Source: an uncultured Clostridia bacterium
Lineage (GTDB): Bacteria > Bacillota > Clostridia > TANB77 > CAG-465
Reading direction: 5' to 3'
NCBI GenBank assembly: GCA_944386345.1
Contig: CALXAR010000001.1
Location: forward strand, 350-64,349
DNA length: 64,000 bases
The position numbers were made by a program, and so were the translations under genes. Every line of letters begins with the position of its first letter. Position 1 is the first letter of the stretch. The notes below the pieces were generated by a model. The model saw only the letters and a list, made by a program, of their open reading frames with translations. It did no database searches and had not been told where the DNA came from. Shown piece after piece: positions 29,071-39,976 of this stretch.

Positions 29071-30276
29071 CTATATTAAATATAATTCTCTTTGTGTATT
29101 ACAAAGCGGAACTGCTCCACTATTTGTAATCAATATCATTTCCTCAATAGAGCCCCCATTTTCTATATTTACTCTAGGCTCTAAAGTATAAACTGCATTT
29201 TCAAGTAGTTCTAAATTAGCTCTTTTGCTATATTTTGGTGATATTAAAGCGCCAGCAGCATGAACTTCTCTTCCAACAGGATGACCTGTAGCATGAGGAT
29301 AATCTGGATATCCTTCTTTTAAAATTATTCCCCTTACTATCTCATCAATCTTATATGCTTTTACTCCTGGTTTCATTTTATTTATTCCAGCCTCTATTGA
29401 ATCTACTAAAGTATTAAAGACTTTTTGTACTTCATTTGGAGCTTGCTTTTCATCTTGTTTTAATAAATATCCCATTCGTTGCATATCTGTATATAATGTT
29501 ATTCCATTATTAAAGACTGCTTTTATTCCGAAATCAAAATAAACAGTATCTCCAGGCTTTATTTTTTTATTACTAGGAAGTGCATGCCCACCTTTTTTTA
29601 GATTTTCTCCAACTAAAACAATAGGACAAATATCCCAAGCTAGATCATATTCTATTATACCATATTTATCTTTAATATTACTAATATATTCATTCGATAT
29701 TTTTTTAGTATTTTGAGCTATTTCAAACTCGCTTTGATATGGCTTTATACTATAAAAAGCTCTCTTTAATATTTCATCTGTAATCTTTGCAAGTAATTTT
29801 AGCTTTTCAATCTCATCATTACTATTCTTTGAAATAATATTATAAATATTCATTTCAGCGGATCTAACAACAAATTTTCTCTGATTTTCCTTATATAATT
29901 TTCTAAAAAATTTTGTTACTCTTAAATACGAACTATAAGAAATTATATCTGTATTTTCATCAGACATTGTCGTATAAGATAAAAGCATCTTTTTAGGAAA
30001 ATTCAATTCTTTTAACACATCTAAAATATATTTTTGCAATGATAAAGTTGAATCAAAAATATAAATTTTACAATTTTGATTTTTTAAAGTACTTATGTTT
30101 CCTTCATCTAGTTTATGAACAAAAATATATGCAATATCTTTTGATACTATAGCATAGGTTGATGAAAATAATTTATCTGTAACATATTTTTTAAAAATAG
30201 GATCAGAATTTTCTTTATTTTCAATAACCCAAATAGTATCATTGTCATTTATTGTATCAACAAAATCATTTAGCAT
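29071..30276 (-). CDS. M24-family metallopeptidase (Xaa-Pro aminopeptidase/creatinase fold)
   Basis: C-terminal pita-bread motifs HATGHPVGREVH and ENAVYTLEP; 401 aa. Confidence 0.7.
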   Translation of the reverse strand: MLNDFVDTINDNDTIWVIENKENSDPIFKKYVTDKLFSSTYAIVSKDIAYIFVHKLDEGNISTLKNQNCKIYIFDSTLSLQKYILDVLKELNFPKKMLLSYTTMSDENTDIISYSSYLRVTKFFRKLYKENQRKFVVRSAEMNIYNIISKNSNDEIEKLKLLAKITDEILKRAFYSIKPYQSEFEIAQNTKKISNEYISNIKDKYGIIEYDLAWDICPIVLVGENLKKGGHALPSNKKIKPGDTVYFDFGIKAVFNNGITLYTDMQRMGYLLKQDEKQAPNEVQKVFNTLVDSIEAGINKMKPGVKAYKIDEIVRGIILKEGYPDYPHATGHPVGREVHAAGALISPKYSKRANLELLENAVYTLEPRVNIENGGSIEEMILITNSGAVPLCNTQRELYLI

Positions 30277-31475
30277 TTTGAAACTATATCCATTGTCTGT
30301 CTAGCTATTTCTAGCTCTTCATTTGTTGGTATTACATATATTCCAATTTTAGATGAATCTTTTGAAATTCTTGCTTCTTTTCCTGATGAAATGTTATTTA
30401 AATCTTTATCAAGCTCTATTCCCAAGCACTCCATATCTGAGACTACATCTTCTCTTTCAATAGCATTATTTTCGCCATTTCCACCAGTAAATACAATTGC
30501 ATCAACTCTATTTAGCTCAGCTATATATGCACCGATATATTTTTTATTTCTGTGAGTTTGAACTTTTCTAGCAAGTTTTGCTTGCTCATTTCCGCTAAGC
30601 TCAGCTTGAATTAATTGTCTTTGATCTCCTATACCACAAAGGCCAAGTCTTCCAGATTTCTTATTTAAAACGTTTTCAACTTCTTCAATTGATAGGTTTT
30701 CATCTTTCATAAGCTTTGTAACAATTGAAGGATCTAAATCTCCACATCTTGTCTCCATTACAAGTCCTTCAAGTGGAGTAAATCCCATTGAAGTATCATA
30801 TGATTTTCCATTTTTTATTGCACAAATTGAAGCTCCACCTCCAAGGTGACAGATAATAGCATTTATATCTTCTCTTTTCTTACCTAAAAGCTCTTCTAGT
30901 CTTCTTAAAATATATTGATATGAAGTTCCATGAAATCCATATCTTCTAATTTTATTTTCTGTATAATACTTATAGTCTATTGCATATAAATAATTATATA
31001 TTGGCATTGTTTGATGAAACGCTGTATCAAATACTGCAACATTTTTCTTTTGAGGCGCGATCTCCATCATTGCTTTTATTCCCATTAAACATCCAGGATT
31101 ATGAAGTGGTGCAAGATCAGATAACTCTTCAATTGTCTTTATAACATCATCGTCTATAAGAACTGAAGTATTAAATTTTTCTCCTCCATGAACAACTCTA
31201 TGACCAATAGCATATATCTCATCTATTGAATCAATAACGCCATACTCTTTATTCATTAAAGTATTAAGCAATACTTCCATACCTTCTTTATGTGTTGGCA
31301 TAGGAATATCTTCATTTTTCTTAATATTATCTCTAACATTGTTATATATAATATTAGATTCCTTATATCCAACCATATCGCATCTTCCCTTTGCAATTAC
31401 TTCATTATTATTCTCAACATCAATAAGTTGAAATTTAATTGTTGAGCTTCCACAATTAATTACTAAAATTTTCAT
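30270..31475 (-). CDS. ackA: Acetate kinase
   Basis: MKILVINCGSSTIKFQL N-terminus, GFHGTSYQY. 401 aa, next to pta. Confidence 0.85.
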   Translation of the reverse strand: MKILVINCGSSTIKFQLIDVENNNEVIAKGRCDMVGYKESNIIYNNVRDNIKKNEDIPMPTHKEGMEVLLNTLMNKEYGVIDSIDEIYAIGHRVVHGGEKFNTSVLIDDDVIKTIEELSDLAPLHNPGCLMGIKAMMEIAPQKKNVAVFDTAFHQTMPIYNYLYAIDYKYYTENKIRRYGFHGTSYQYILRRLEELLGKKREDINAIICHLGGGASICAIKNGKSYDTSMGFTPLEGLVMETRCGDLDPSIVTKLMKDENLSIEEVENVLNKKSGRLGLCGIGDQRQLIQAELSGNEQAKLARKVQTHRNKKYIGAYIAELNRVDAIVFTGGNGENNAIEREDVVSDMECLGIELDKDLNNISSGKEARISKDSSKIGIYVIPTNEELEIARQTMDIVSKC

Positions 31476-31505
31476 TTATAAATCCTCCTTTAAAACTATA
31501 TATCA

Positions 31506-32513
31506 TTATTTTGCTTGCATACAAGTTACAATAATTGTACCAACAATATCTTCTACAGAGCTTCCTCGTGACAAATCATTTACTGGCTTTTTTAATCCTT
31601 GTGTAACTGGCCCTATAGCTAGAGTGTCTCCAAATCTTTGTGCCATCTTGTACCCTATATTTCCTGCTTCTAAGTTTGGAAATATTAATACATTTGCATG
31701 ACCTGCAACACTACTATTTGGTGCCTTTAATTTAGCAACTTCTGGAATTATTGCTGCGTCAAGTTGAAATTCTCCATCAACATCAAACTCTACATTCTTT
31801 TCTTTTAAAATATTTAGTACTTCATTTAGTTTATCTATAGCCTCTCCTTTTGCACTTCCTTTTGTAGAGTAAGACAAAAGAGCAACCTTTGGCTCATATC
31901 CTGTAAGCATTTTGTAGCTTTGAGCTGACTCTATTGCTATATCTACAAGCTGTTCTTTTGTTGGAAATTCTATTAAACCACAATCAGAGAAAATTAATAC
32001 TCCATTTTCTCCTAATTCTTTCTTTTTTGTCTCCATTAAGAAAAATGAAGATACATTTTTTATTCCATCTGCTGCTTTAATAATCTGAAGTGCTGGTCTT
32101 AAAGTATTGGCTGTAGAATGAATTGCGCCACTAACAAGTCCATCTGCATCGTTAGCTTTTACCATCATAGTTGCAAAATATACTTTATCCTCGTTAATCT
32201 TTTTAGCCTCTTCTAGAGTCATTCCTTTGTTTTTTCTTAATTCATATAGCATATTATCATACATTTCTTTTTTTGAAGATGTAATATTATCAATAATTTG
32301 TATCTTATCATATGGCATATTAATATTTTCATCTTTACATTTCTTTTTTATTTCTTCTTCTTTTCCAATTAATACTACATCAGCATAGTCATTTTCAGCT
32401 ACAATTGCTGCAGCTTTTAAAACTCTTGAATCTTCAGATTCAGGAAGTACAATTTTCTTTTTATTAATTTTTACTTTTTTGGCCATTTCAGCTACTATAC
32501 CATAAACTTCCAC
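31506..32513 (-). CDS. pta: Phosphate acetyltransferase (short form)
   Basis: 335 aa. Pta/Ptb family motifs (SRGSSVEDIV, LSYSTKGSAKG); forms an operon with ackA. Confidence 0.8.
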   Translation of the reverse strand: MEVYGIVAEMAKKVKINKKKIVLPESEDSRVLKAAAIVAENDYADVVLIGKEEEIKKKCKDENINMPYDKIQIIDNITSSKKEMYDNMLYELRKNKGMTLEEAKKINEDKVYFATMMVKANDADGLVSGAIHSTANTLRPALQIIKAADGIKNVSSFFLMETKKKELGENGVLIFSDCGLIEFPTKEQLVDIAIESAQSYKMLTGYEPKVALLSYSTKGSAKGEAIDKLNEVLNILKEKNVEFDVDGEFQLDAAIIPEVAKLKAPNSSVAGHANVLIFPNLEAGNIGYKMAQRFGDTLAIGPVTQGLKKPVNDLSRGSSVEDIVGTIIVTCMQAK

Positions 32514-32532
32514 TTCTTAACTCCCCCTATTT

Positions 32533-34356
32533 TTAATCTGCTATTTTACCTATATTATTTAAATTGCTAAAAATACTCATATAGTTTAGTTCATCAAAAC
32601 CATATATGTATTTTTGATAAACAAGATTAATATTTCTTGCATATATTCCTATACATGCAACCTCATCAGACAAAACATATTCTAAATTCTGAATGTTTTG
32701 TGGTAAATTTTCAATACTACTTTGTTCTACTTGAGTAAATGCTTGTGCTGTAGCATCATTTATATCTAAATAGTTTCTTAAGAATCTAATGTCTGGTGTC
32801 TCATTTAAATAAATAGTTGCAAGAACAATATCATAATCTAAACTATCAACTCTTTGTTGTATCTCTTCACTTGTAAGAGCGATAATTTCAATATTTATTC
32901 CAGCATTATATGCCATATTTTTTATATTATTTGCTATATTTAATTTATTTTCATCTTGTGAATTAACAAGTAGTCTTAAAGTTGCAGTTATATAATTTCC
33001 ATTTTCTACTTTTTCATATATTCCAACGCTATTTTGATTCCAGCCATTTGATATCATAATATTTTTGGCGCCAACCAAATCATATTTATATTTTATGCTA
33101 GAATACATAAACGGCAAATCTATTATCTCAATAAAATTATTATCACTTGTTTTTACAATCTCATCTCTATTTAAAGAATACATTAACGCTGTTCTTAGTT
33201 CTTTTCTAGAAAATGTATTTGAGGTCTTATTTCCAAATATAAATAACGTCTCACCATCTTTATATTTCTTTACACTATAATCTTTTTGCCCAATAAGCTG
33301 CATGTCATTATTTGATGTTGCAAAAAACACATCAATATCATCATTTACAAAAGCCTCAACACTTTCATTTATTCCATTATAGCTTTTTATTAAAATAGAA
33401 TTTAAATATTTATTTGAGCTCTTTTCATTCTTTTGGAATAAAATTGAATTATCTTGCGCTAAATATTCAAACTCGGGCTTTATTTTTTCATCATTATCCG
33501 TTACAGGAAAATCTAAGTAATATACAAAATATGGATTTTCCTCTTTAAGAGTTATTCTAATTTCATCTTTATTTTCTGTGCTTTCTATTGAATTAATAAT
33601 ATTCAATCTAGAGTAATACATGTTATTTTCTCCAGAAGATAATATCTTATCAATAGAATATCTTATATCATCAATATCTAAATCATATTCGTTATTTAAT
33701 GTAATTATGTACTCACTATTTGAGACTTTAAAAATGCTTTTAGCAAGTTCATATTTTATATCATAATTATTTATAACTTTAATTAAGCTATATGATGTCT
33801 TTTTATATAAATCATTTACTATTAGATTTGTAGATTTGTATACGTCCGTACTATCTAGAGCTGTAAGTCCGATTTTTAAATCATAATTATTCTCTAAATT
33901 AACATTCATTCCTTCATTAGTATCATTATTACTAAATACACTAGCAGTTATTCTTTCATCAATTTTAGTTATTTTTATAGATATAAAAATAAGCATAAGC
34001 ATAACCACAACACAAGCTGAAATAACAAAAGATTTAGGAATATATATCTTCTGTTTTGGTTCTTTTAAAACAGTTTTTTGTGGTCTAGAATAAAGCAATA
34101 GCTCTTGTTCTCTTTTTTTCTCTCTATGCTTTCTTATCATTAGATTTGATATAAAAGAATTATTATCGTTATTTTTTGTAGAATATTTGTTTGTTTTTTT
34201 ATAATTGGATTTATTAGATTTTAATTGATTTTGATTATTTCTTCTCTTTTTTTCCAATTGCGACTTTGTTATTGTTTTATACCTACGTGAATCAATAATC
34301 TTAGCACACAAAATATCACACCTACTTTTCTTAACTCTTAATAATATCTTGCCCAA
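32533..34356 (-). CDS. TM-anchored protein with Lys/Arg/Asn-rich cytoplasmic N-terminus and large extracytoplasmic solute-binding-protein(family 5)-like domain
   Basis: 607 aa. The first about 100 aa are extremely basic/polar (KKRRNNQNQLKSNKSNYKKTNKYSTKNN), then a single TM (FVISACVVVMLMLIFISIKI), then a 480-aa domain with SBP_bac_5-like C-terminal region. Confidence 0.35.
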   Translation of the reverse strand: MGKILLRVKKSRCDILCAKIIDSRRYKTITKSQLEKKRRNNQNQLKSNKSNYKKTNKYSTKNNDNNSFISNLMIRKHREKKREQELLLYSRPQKTVLKEPKQKIYIPKSFVISACVVVMLMLIFISIKITKIDERITASVFSNNDTNEGMNVNLENNYDLKIGLTALDSTDVYKSTNLIVNDLYKKTSYSLIKVINNYDIKYELAKSIFKVSNSEYIITLNNEYDLDIDDIRYSIDKILSSGENNMYYSRLNIINSIESTENKDEIRITLKEENPYFVYYLDFPVTDNDEKIKPEFEYLAQDNSILFQKNEKSSNKYLNSILIKSYNGINESVEAFVNDDIDVFFATSNNDMQLIGQKDYSVKKYKDGETLFIFGNKTSNTFSRKELRTALMYSLNRDEIVKTSDNNFIEIIDLPFMYSSIKYKYDLVGAKNIMISNGWNQNSVGIYEKVENGNYITATLRLLVNSQDENKLNIANNIKNMAYNAGINIEIIALTSEEIQQRVDSLDYDIVLATIYLNETPDIRFLRNYLDINDATAQAFTQVEQSSIENLPQNIQNLEYVLSDEVACIGIYARNINLVYQKYIYGFDELNYMSIFSNLNNIGKIAD

Positions 34357-34359
34357 TTA

Positions 34360-34401
34360 TATCATAAAAAGACTCAAAAAGATAGCTTTTTATCTTTTTG
34401 A
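34360..34401 (-). terminator. Rho-independent terminator after spoVS
   Basis: ctcaaaaagata-gcttt-tatctttttgag hairpin followed by a T-run on the minus strand. Confidence 0.55.
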
Positions 34402-34428
34402 GCTCATATTTTTAAATTTATATTTTTG

Positions 34429-34692
34429 TTAAGCCTTTGGTTCAACAACGAATTTAATTCCTGTTTTATCTTCGTTATCTATTTTTACCTCCGTAAATGC
34501 TGGAGAACATACAAGTTCTACACCTGTTGGTGCAACAAATCCTCTTGCGATTGCTACTGCCTTTACTGCTTGATTTATAGCCCCAGCACCAATTGCTTGC
34601 ATTTCTGCTCTTCCGTTTTCTTTAACAAGACCTGCTATTGCTCCTGCTACAGAATTAGGGCTAGATTTTGCTGAAATTTTTAATATATCCAT
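34429..34692 (-). CDS. spoVS: Stage V sporulation protein S
   Basis: 87 aa. ILKISAKSSPNSVAGAIAGLVKENGRAEMQAIGAGAINQAVKAVAIARGFVAP is near-identical in pattern to Bacillus/Clostridium SpoVS. Confidence 0.9.
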   Translation of the reverse strand: MDILKISAKSSPNSVAGAIAGLVKENGRAEMQAIGAGAINQAVKAVAIARGFVAPTGVELVCSPAFTEVKIDNEDKTGIKFVVEPKA

Positions 34693-34932
34693 TTTCTACC
34701 TCCTATGATTTTATCTTTTGCTTTAGATTAATAAAAATTAATCTAACTTGATTATATATAAAATAAAAAGAATTTGCAACACCTTTATATAATTTTTACT
34801 TAAAAATAATGTAAATATTAGTACTACAAAATATTTTATATACTTGTATTTTTATTAAATGTATTATATAATATCTATATAGCAGATGAGAGTAAATTAA
34901 TTTATAATTAAATTAAAGGAGTGAAAAAATAT

Positions 34933-35133
34933 ATGGATTTTATTTTTGCAAACTCTTATATAGAGTTAAAAAGCGGGCATAGAATTTATCTTTTAGAGAC
35001 TTATGATGAATTAAAGCAAAAAATGAACGATAGTAGCTCTACTATAACTGTTCATGAAATTGATTTTTTTGGATTATGGAGTGAAATAAGGACGTATAAT
35101 AAATCAAATATTTCATACTATGGTTCAAACTAA
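34933..35133 (+). CDS. Hypothetical small protein (66 aa), orphan plus-strand gene
   Basis: ATG at 34933 with AAAGGAG RBS 9 nt upstream. No recognisable domain. Followed by a bidirectional terminator. Confidence 0.3.
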   Translation: MDFIFANSYIELKSGHRIYLLETYDELKQKMNDSSSTITVHEIDFFGLWSEIRTYNKSNISYYGSN

Positions 35134-35175
35134 AAAAAAGAATACATCAATAAATTAAGATGTATTCTTTTTTAT
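35131..35175. terminator. Bidirectional terminator (small ORF / dnaJ)
   Basis: aagaatacatc-aataaattaag-gatgtattctt hairpin flanked by an A-run and a T-run. Confidence 0.6.
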
Positions 35176-36333
35176 TTATCTTCCAAAAAAGCCTTTCTTT
35201 TTAGTATTTACTTCATCACCAAAAGTGCTAGCAAATTTTGTAAGTAATTCTCTTTGTTCATCATTTAATTTTTTTGGCACATCTACATCTACAGTAAACT
35301 CTAATACACCTCTTCCTCTACCATTAAGTACAGGAATACCTTGATCCTTTACTCTAAATTTTGTACCACTACTTGTTCCTTCAGGAATACTAAACTCCAT
35401 TTCTCCTTCAAGAGTTGGAATTTTAATATCTCCACCTAAAGCCATCTTTGCAAAAGGTACTCTAACATTTGCTGATATATCAAAGCCATTTCTCTTAAAG
35501 TATCTATGAGGTGATACCTTCATTACAACATATAGATCACCATTAGGTCCACCTTTCTTACCAGCATCCCCTTCTCCTCTTAAAGAAATTGCCTGACCAT
35601 CATCAATTCCTGCAGGAACATTTATTTCAATCTTTCTAGATTTTCTTACTATTCCTTTTCCACTACATTTTTCACATGGTGTTTCAATAACTTTACCTGA
35701 GCCACCACACTTATCACAAGTCTTTACTGTAGAAAAAGCACCCATAATTGTGTTTTGAGTCATTTGAATTTTTCCTCTACCACCACACTTATCACAAGTT
35801 ACAATTCTACTTCCAGGCTTTGCTCCACTTCCATTACAAGAATCGCATTTTTCATTTCTTGTAACGTTTATCTCTTTTTTTACTCCGAAAGCCGCCTCTT
35901 CAAATTTAAGAGATAAGGTTGTTTTTATATCAGCTCCTCTAGAAGGTCCTTGTGTCTTTTTAGATGAAGAAAAACCTCCTCCAAAAACACTTCCTAAAAT
36001 ATCCTCAAGATCTATATCCATTCCGCCAAATCCATTAAAGCCTCCAAAGCCACTAAATCCGTCATAGCCACCATAGTTTGCTCCGAATCCACCAGCTTGC
36101 TCAAAATTTGAGCCAAATCTATCATATTGAGCTCTTTTAGTATCATCAGACAAAACAGAATATGCTTCATTTATCTCTTTAAACTTTGCTTCTGCATTTT
36201 TCTTATCTTCTTCAGTATGTTGAGCATCAGGATGATATTTTTTAGCAAGTTTTCTATAAGCTCTCTTTAGATCATCTGCAGTTGCGTCTTTTGAAACACC
36301 TAATATGCTATAATAATCTTTAGATTCTGCCAC
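35176..36333 (-). CDS. dnaJ: Chaperone DnaJ
   Basis: J-domain with HPD, G/F-rich linker, four CxxCxGxG zinc-finger repeats. GTG start with GGGGGA RBS. Confidence 0.95.
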   Translation of the reverse strand: MAESKDYYSILGVSKDATADDLKRAYRKLAKKYHPDAQHTEEDKKNAEAKFKEINEAYSVLSDDTKRAQYDRFGSNFEQAGGFGANYGGYDGFSGFGGFNGFGGMDIDLEDILGSVFGGGFSSSKKTQGPSRGADIKTTLSLKFEEAAFGVKKEINVTRNEKCDSCNGSGAKPGSRIVTCDKCGGRGKIQMTQNTIMGAFSTVKTCDKCGGSGKVIETPCEKCSGKGIVRKSRKIEINVPAGIDDGQAISLRGEGDAGKKGGPNGDLYVVMKVSPHRYFKRNGFDISANVRVPFAKMALGGDIKIPTLEGEMEFSIPEGTSSGTKFRVKDQGIPVLNGRGRGVLEFTVDVDVPKKLNDEQRELLTKFASTFGDEVNTKKKGFFGR

Positions 36334-36367
36334 AAAAATTTCCCCCTATTTACTAAATTAATATATA

Positions 36368-36407
36368 CTGTATTGCTAAAAATACAGGGTGGTAGTATTA
36401 CCACCCT
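36368..36407 (-). promoter_or_regulatory. Tandem hairpins in the dnaK-dnaJ intergenic region (partial terminator/attenuator)
   Basis: agggtggta-gtat-taccaccct (9-bp stem), overlapping ctgtatt-gctaaa-aatacag; U-rich tract on the minus strand between them. Confidence 0.4.
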
Positions 36408-36421
36408 TATTTATAGCAAAA

Positions 36422-38257
36422 TTATTTATTATCATCTTCAACTTTATAATCTGCATCATGAACAACATTATCTTGTGCTGTTGTGTTCTCTGTAGTATCT
36501 CCTGCTGCTTGATTAGATTGTTGACTTGCTTGAGAATAAAGTTTTGAAGTTAAATCATAAAATACTTGTGTTAATTTGTCTGTTGCAGCTTTAATTGCAG
36601 CTGTATCTGTTCCTTCAAGTGTTTTCTTTAAGTTTGCAAGCTCAGATTCAACTTTTGATTTTTCTTCATCTGACACTTTTCCTTCTAGCTCTTTAAGAGT
36701 TTTCTCTGTGTTATATACTAAAGAATCTGCATTATTTCTAACTTCAACTTCTTCTTTCTTCTTCTTATCTTCAGCAGCATGTGCTTCAGCTTCCTTAACT
36801 GCATTTTGGATTTCATCCTCAGTTAAGTTTGTGCTAGCTGTTATAGCAATCTTTTGCTCGTTATTTGTAGCCATATCTTTTGCAGATACGTGAACGATAC
36901 CATTAGCATCAATATCAAATGTAACTTCAATTTGAGGTACTCCTCTAGGTGCAGCTGGAATTCCAGTTAAACTAAATCTTCCAAGAGTCTTGTTATATGA
37001 TGCCATTTCTCTTTCACCTTGTAGTACGTGTATTTCAACTGATGTTTGACCATCTGCTGCAGTAGAGAATATTTGAGATTTTTTAGTTGGTATTGTTGTA
37101 TTTCTTTCAATTAATTTTGTAAATACACCACCATAAGTTTCAATACCAAGTGATAATGGTGTAACATCTAGTAATACTAGGTCTTTAACTTCTCCTGTAA
37201 GTACACCACCTTGAATTGCAGCACCAATTGCAACACATTCATCTGGGTTTATACCTTTATATGGCTCTTTACCAGTTATTCTCTTAACAGTCTCTTGTAC
37301 CAATGGAACACGTGTAGAACCACCAACTAAAAGAATTTTATCTATTTTATCAAAAGTAAGTCCAGAATCTTTTAAAGCTTGATTTACAGGGCCTACTGTT
37401 GATTCAACTAAATCTGAAATTAATTCTTCAAATTTAGATCTTGTAAGTGTAATGTCCATATGTTTTGGTCCTGTAGAATCTGCAGTTATAAATGGAAGGT
37501 TAATTTGTGCTTGCATTACACCAGAAAGCTCAATTTTAGCTTTCTCTGCAGCTTCTTTTAATCTTTGCATTGCCATACTATCTGTTGATAAGTCTATTCC
37601 ATTATCTTTCTTAAATTCACTTACTAAATAATCTATAATTCTTTGGTCAAAGTCATCTCCACCAAGTCTATTATTACCTGCTGTAGCCATAACTTCAAAT
37701 ACACCGTCAGCAATATCTAGTATAGATACATCGAATGTACCTCCACCTAAATCATAAACCATTATTTTTTGCTCAGCATCTTTATCAAAACCATGAGCTA
37801 AAGATGCAGCTGTTGGCTCATTTACAATTCTTAACACTTCAAGACCTGCTATTCTACCTGCATCTTTTGTTGCTTGTCTTTGTGAATCTGTAAAATATGC
37901 AGGAACTGTTATAACAGCTTGTGTTACTTTTTCTCCAAGATAGTTTTCAGCATCTTCTTTTAATTTTTGTAAAATCATTGCTGATATCTCTTGTGGAGTA
38001 TATTCTTTATTATCAATTTTTATTCTTTTATCTGAACCCATATCTCTTTTTATAGAAATGATAGTTCTATCGTGGTTTGTAACCGCTTGTCTTTTTGCTA
38101 CTTGACCTACTAGTCTTTCACCATTTTTAGCAAATGCAACTATTGATGGAGTTGTTCTTGCTCCCTCTGCATTTGGAATCACTATTGGTTCACCGTTTTC
38201 AATTACGGCAACACATGAATTTGTAGTACCTAAGTCTATACCTATAACTTTTGACAT
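36422..38257 (-). CDS. dnaK: Chaperone DnaK (Hsp70)
   Basis: [22 protein letters not shown], full 611-aa Hsp70. Confidence 0.95.
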   Translation of the reverse strand: MSKVIGIDLGTTNSCVAVIENGEPIVIPNAEGARTTPSIVAFAKNGERLVGQVAKRQAVTNHDRTIISIKRDMGSDKRIKIDNKEYTPQEISAMILQKLKEDAENYLGEKVTQAVITVPAYFTDSQRQATKDAGRIAGLEVLRIVNEPTAASLAHGFDKDAEQKIMVYDLGGGTFDVSILDIADGVFEVMATAGNNRLGGDDFDQRIIDYLVSEFKKDNGIDLSTDSMAMQRLKEAAEKAKIELSGVMQAQINLPFITADSTGPKHMDITLTRSKFEELISDLVESTVGPVNQALKDSGLTFDKIDKILLVGGSTRVPLVQETVKRITGKEPYKGINPDECVAIGAAIQGGVLTGEVKDLVLLDVTPLSLGIETYGGVFTKLIERNTTIPTKKSQIFSTAADGQTSVEIHVLQGEREMASYNKTLGRFSLTGIPAAPRGVPQIEVTFDIDANGIVHVSAKDMATNNEQKIAITASTNLTEDEIQNAVKEAEAHAAEDKKKKEEVEVRNNADSLVYNTEKTLKELEGKVSDEEKSKVESELANLKKTLEGTDTAAIKAATDKLTQVFYDLTSKLYSQASQQSNQAAGDTTENTTAQDNVVHDADYKVEDDNK

Positions 38258-38343
38258 ATTAAATTACCTCCTAAAAAATACAAAGTTACTTATATTATAT
38301 ACTTAAACATTAACTAAAATACTTGTTTAAGTAATTAACTAAT

Positions 38344-38886
38344 TTAATTTGCTACTTTTACCATAGCATGACGAATAATCTTATCGCCCATTTTATATCC
38401 TTTTCTAAATACTTCTGTTATTTCTTTTTCACCATAATTTTCATCTTCTACATGCATTACTGCCTCATGAAAGTTTGGATCAAAAGTCTTATTTAAAGCA
38501 TCTATTTCTTCAACACCTAATTTTGTTAAAACATCAATTAATTGTCCATAAATCATAGACATTCCATTTTTAAATGATTCATCAGCAGTCTCAGAGTTTA
38601 ACGCTTTTTCAAAATTATCAAGTGCTGGTAATAATTCTGAAATTATATCAGCAGAGATTGTTGCATACATCATATCTTTTTCTTTTGCAATTCTCTTTTT
38701 AAAATTATCAAATTCAGCCATATTACGCTTTAAATGCTCATAATATTCGTCTGATTTTTCTTTTTCTTCTTTTAATTTTGCTTTTAACTCTTCAACATTT
38801 TTATTGTTATCTTTTGTTTCCTTTTGCTCTACTTCTTGAGTTTTTTCTTCATTTTCATTAGCAATGTTATTTTCTTCTTTTTTCAC
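38344..38886 (-). CDS. grpE: Nucleotide exchange factor GrpE
   Basis: 180 aa. Charged N-terminus and a C-terminal GrpE fold; position between hrcA and dnaK. Confidence 0.9.
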   Translation of the reverse strand: MKKEENNIANENEEKTQEVEQKETKDNNKNVEELKAKLKEEKEKSDEYYEHLKRNMAEFDNFKKRIAKEKDMMYATISADIISELLPALDNFEKALNSETADESFKNGMSMIYGQLIDVLTKLGVEEIDALNKTFDPNFHEAVMHVEDENYGEKEITEVFRKGYKMGDKIIRHAMVKVAN

Positions 38887-39946
38887 TATAATCCCCCTTT
38901 ACTTTATTATCTTTACTATTTAGCTTTAAAGTATTATTAAACTTTTTATTAATATACTTTAAAGTAGATATTGTTTTTGCATAATTCATTCTTTTAGGCC
39001 CAATAACAGATAATTTACCTAAATATTTATTATCTTTTTCTATATCTAAAGAAATCACAGTGTAATCATTAAGTAGAACTTCTTTATTCTCTGAACCTAT
39101 AACAATACTTAGTTTATTATTATTACTCTTTTCTAGTGCAGAATCAATTATCTCTTTGGTTGAAATCATATTAATAAAATTCTTGACTGTTTCAATATCA
39201 GAAAATTCTGGCTTCTCTAAAATCTTTTCAACGCCACTATTTAACTTTTTCATATCTTTTGATATTTCATACTTAATACTATTTATAATTTCTTCCATAA
39301 CTCCAGAATATGCTTTTAAATCTTTTTTTATTATATTATTTAAAACTAAATGTAATTCTTTAATTGGAGTTCCTGTTAAATTTTGGTTTAGTATACTAGT
39401 CATCTGATCTATAGCATTATCTTCTACAACATCTGTAATTTTTGCTATACAATCTTTAACAGTACCATTTTTTGACATCAACACTATTAATAGCAGCTTT
39501 TCAGAAATTTTTACAACTTTAATATTCTCAATAGTATCTGTATTATTTCTTGTAATTACAGTTGGAGTTGAGAGTATTTTTGATACTACATCTGCAACCT
39601 GCTCAAAAATGTCATCTACATCACCAAATCCATTTATAGTACTATTGATATAATCTATATCTACCATGGATAATCTTTTTTCCTTCATTAGATTATCTAC
39701 ATAATATCTATACCCTTTAGTAGATGGTATTCTTCCAGCTGAGACATGTGGTTGCTCAAGATAACCTTCTTTTTCTAGTATTTTCATATCGTTTCTTATA
39801 GTAGCACTACTATAATCTAAATGATACTTTTCTACCAAAGTTTTAGACCCTACTGGTTCTGCAGATTCAATATAATCTTCTACTACAGAAGAAAGTATTT
39901 TTTTCTTTCTTTCGTCTAAATTCATTTTCATCACCAACTTTAGCAC
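38867..39946 (-). CDS. hrcA: Heat-inducible transcription repressor HrcA
   Basis: N-terminal winged-helix KILSSVVEDYIESAEPVGSKTL. The ORF-track start is GTG 39946; in-frame ATGs at 39931/39925 are alternative starts. 20-nt overlap with grpE. Confidence 0.9.
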   Translation of the reverse strand: MLKLVMKMNLDERKKKILSSVVEDYIESAEPVGSKTLVEKYHLDYSSATIRNDMKILEKEGYLEQPHVSAGRIPSTKGYRYYVDNLMKEKRLSMVDIDYINSTINGFGDVDDIFEQVADVVSKILSTPTVITRNNTDTIENIKVVKISEKLLLIVLMSKNGTVKDCIAKITDVVEDNAIDQMTSILNQNLTGTPIKELHLVLNNIIKKDLKAYSGVMEEIINSIKYEISKDMKKLNSGVEKILEKPEFSDIETVKNFINMISTKEIIDSALEKSNNNKLSIVIGSENKEVLLNDYTVISLDIEKDNKYLGKLSVIGPKRMNYAKTISTLKYINKKFNNTLKLNSKDNKVKGDYSEKRRK

Positions 39947-39966
39947 TCAACATCACAAAGTGCTAA
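39940..39966 (-). promoter_or_regulatory. CIRCE operator (HrcA binding site)
   Basis: Plus strand TTAGCACTC-AACATCACA-AAGTGCTAA; minus strand TTAGCACTT-N9-GAGTGCTAA. Canonical 9-N9-9 inverted repeat overlapping the hrcA start region. Confidence 0.9.
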
Positions 39967-39976
39967 GTACATTTAT

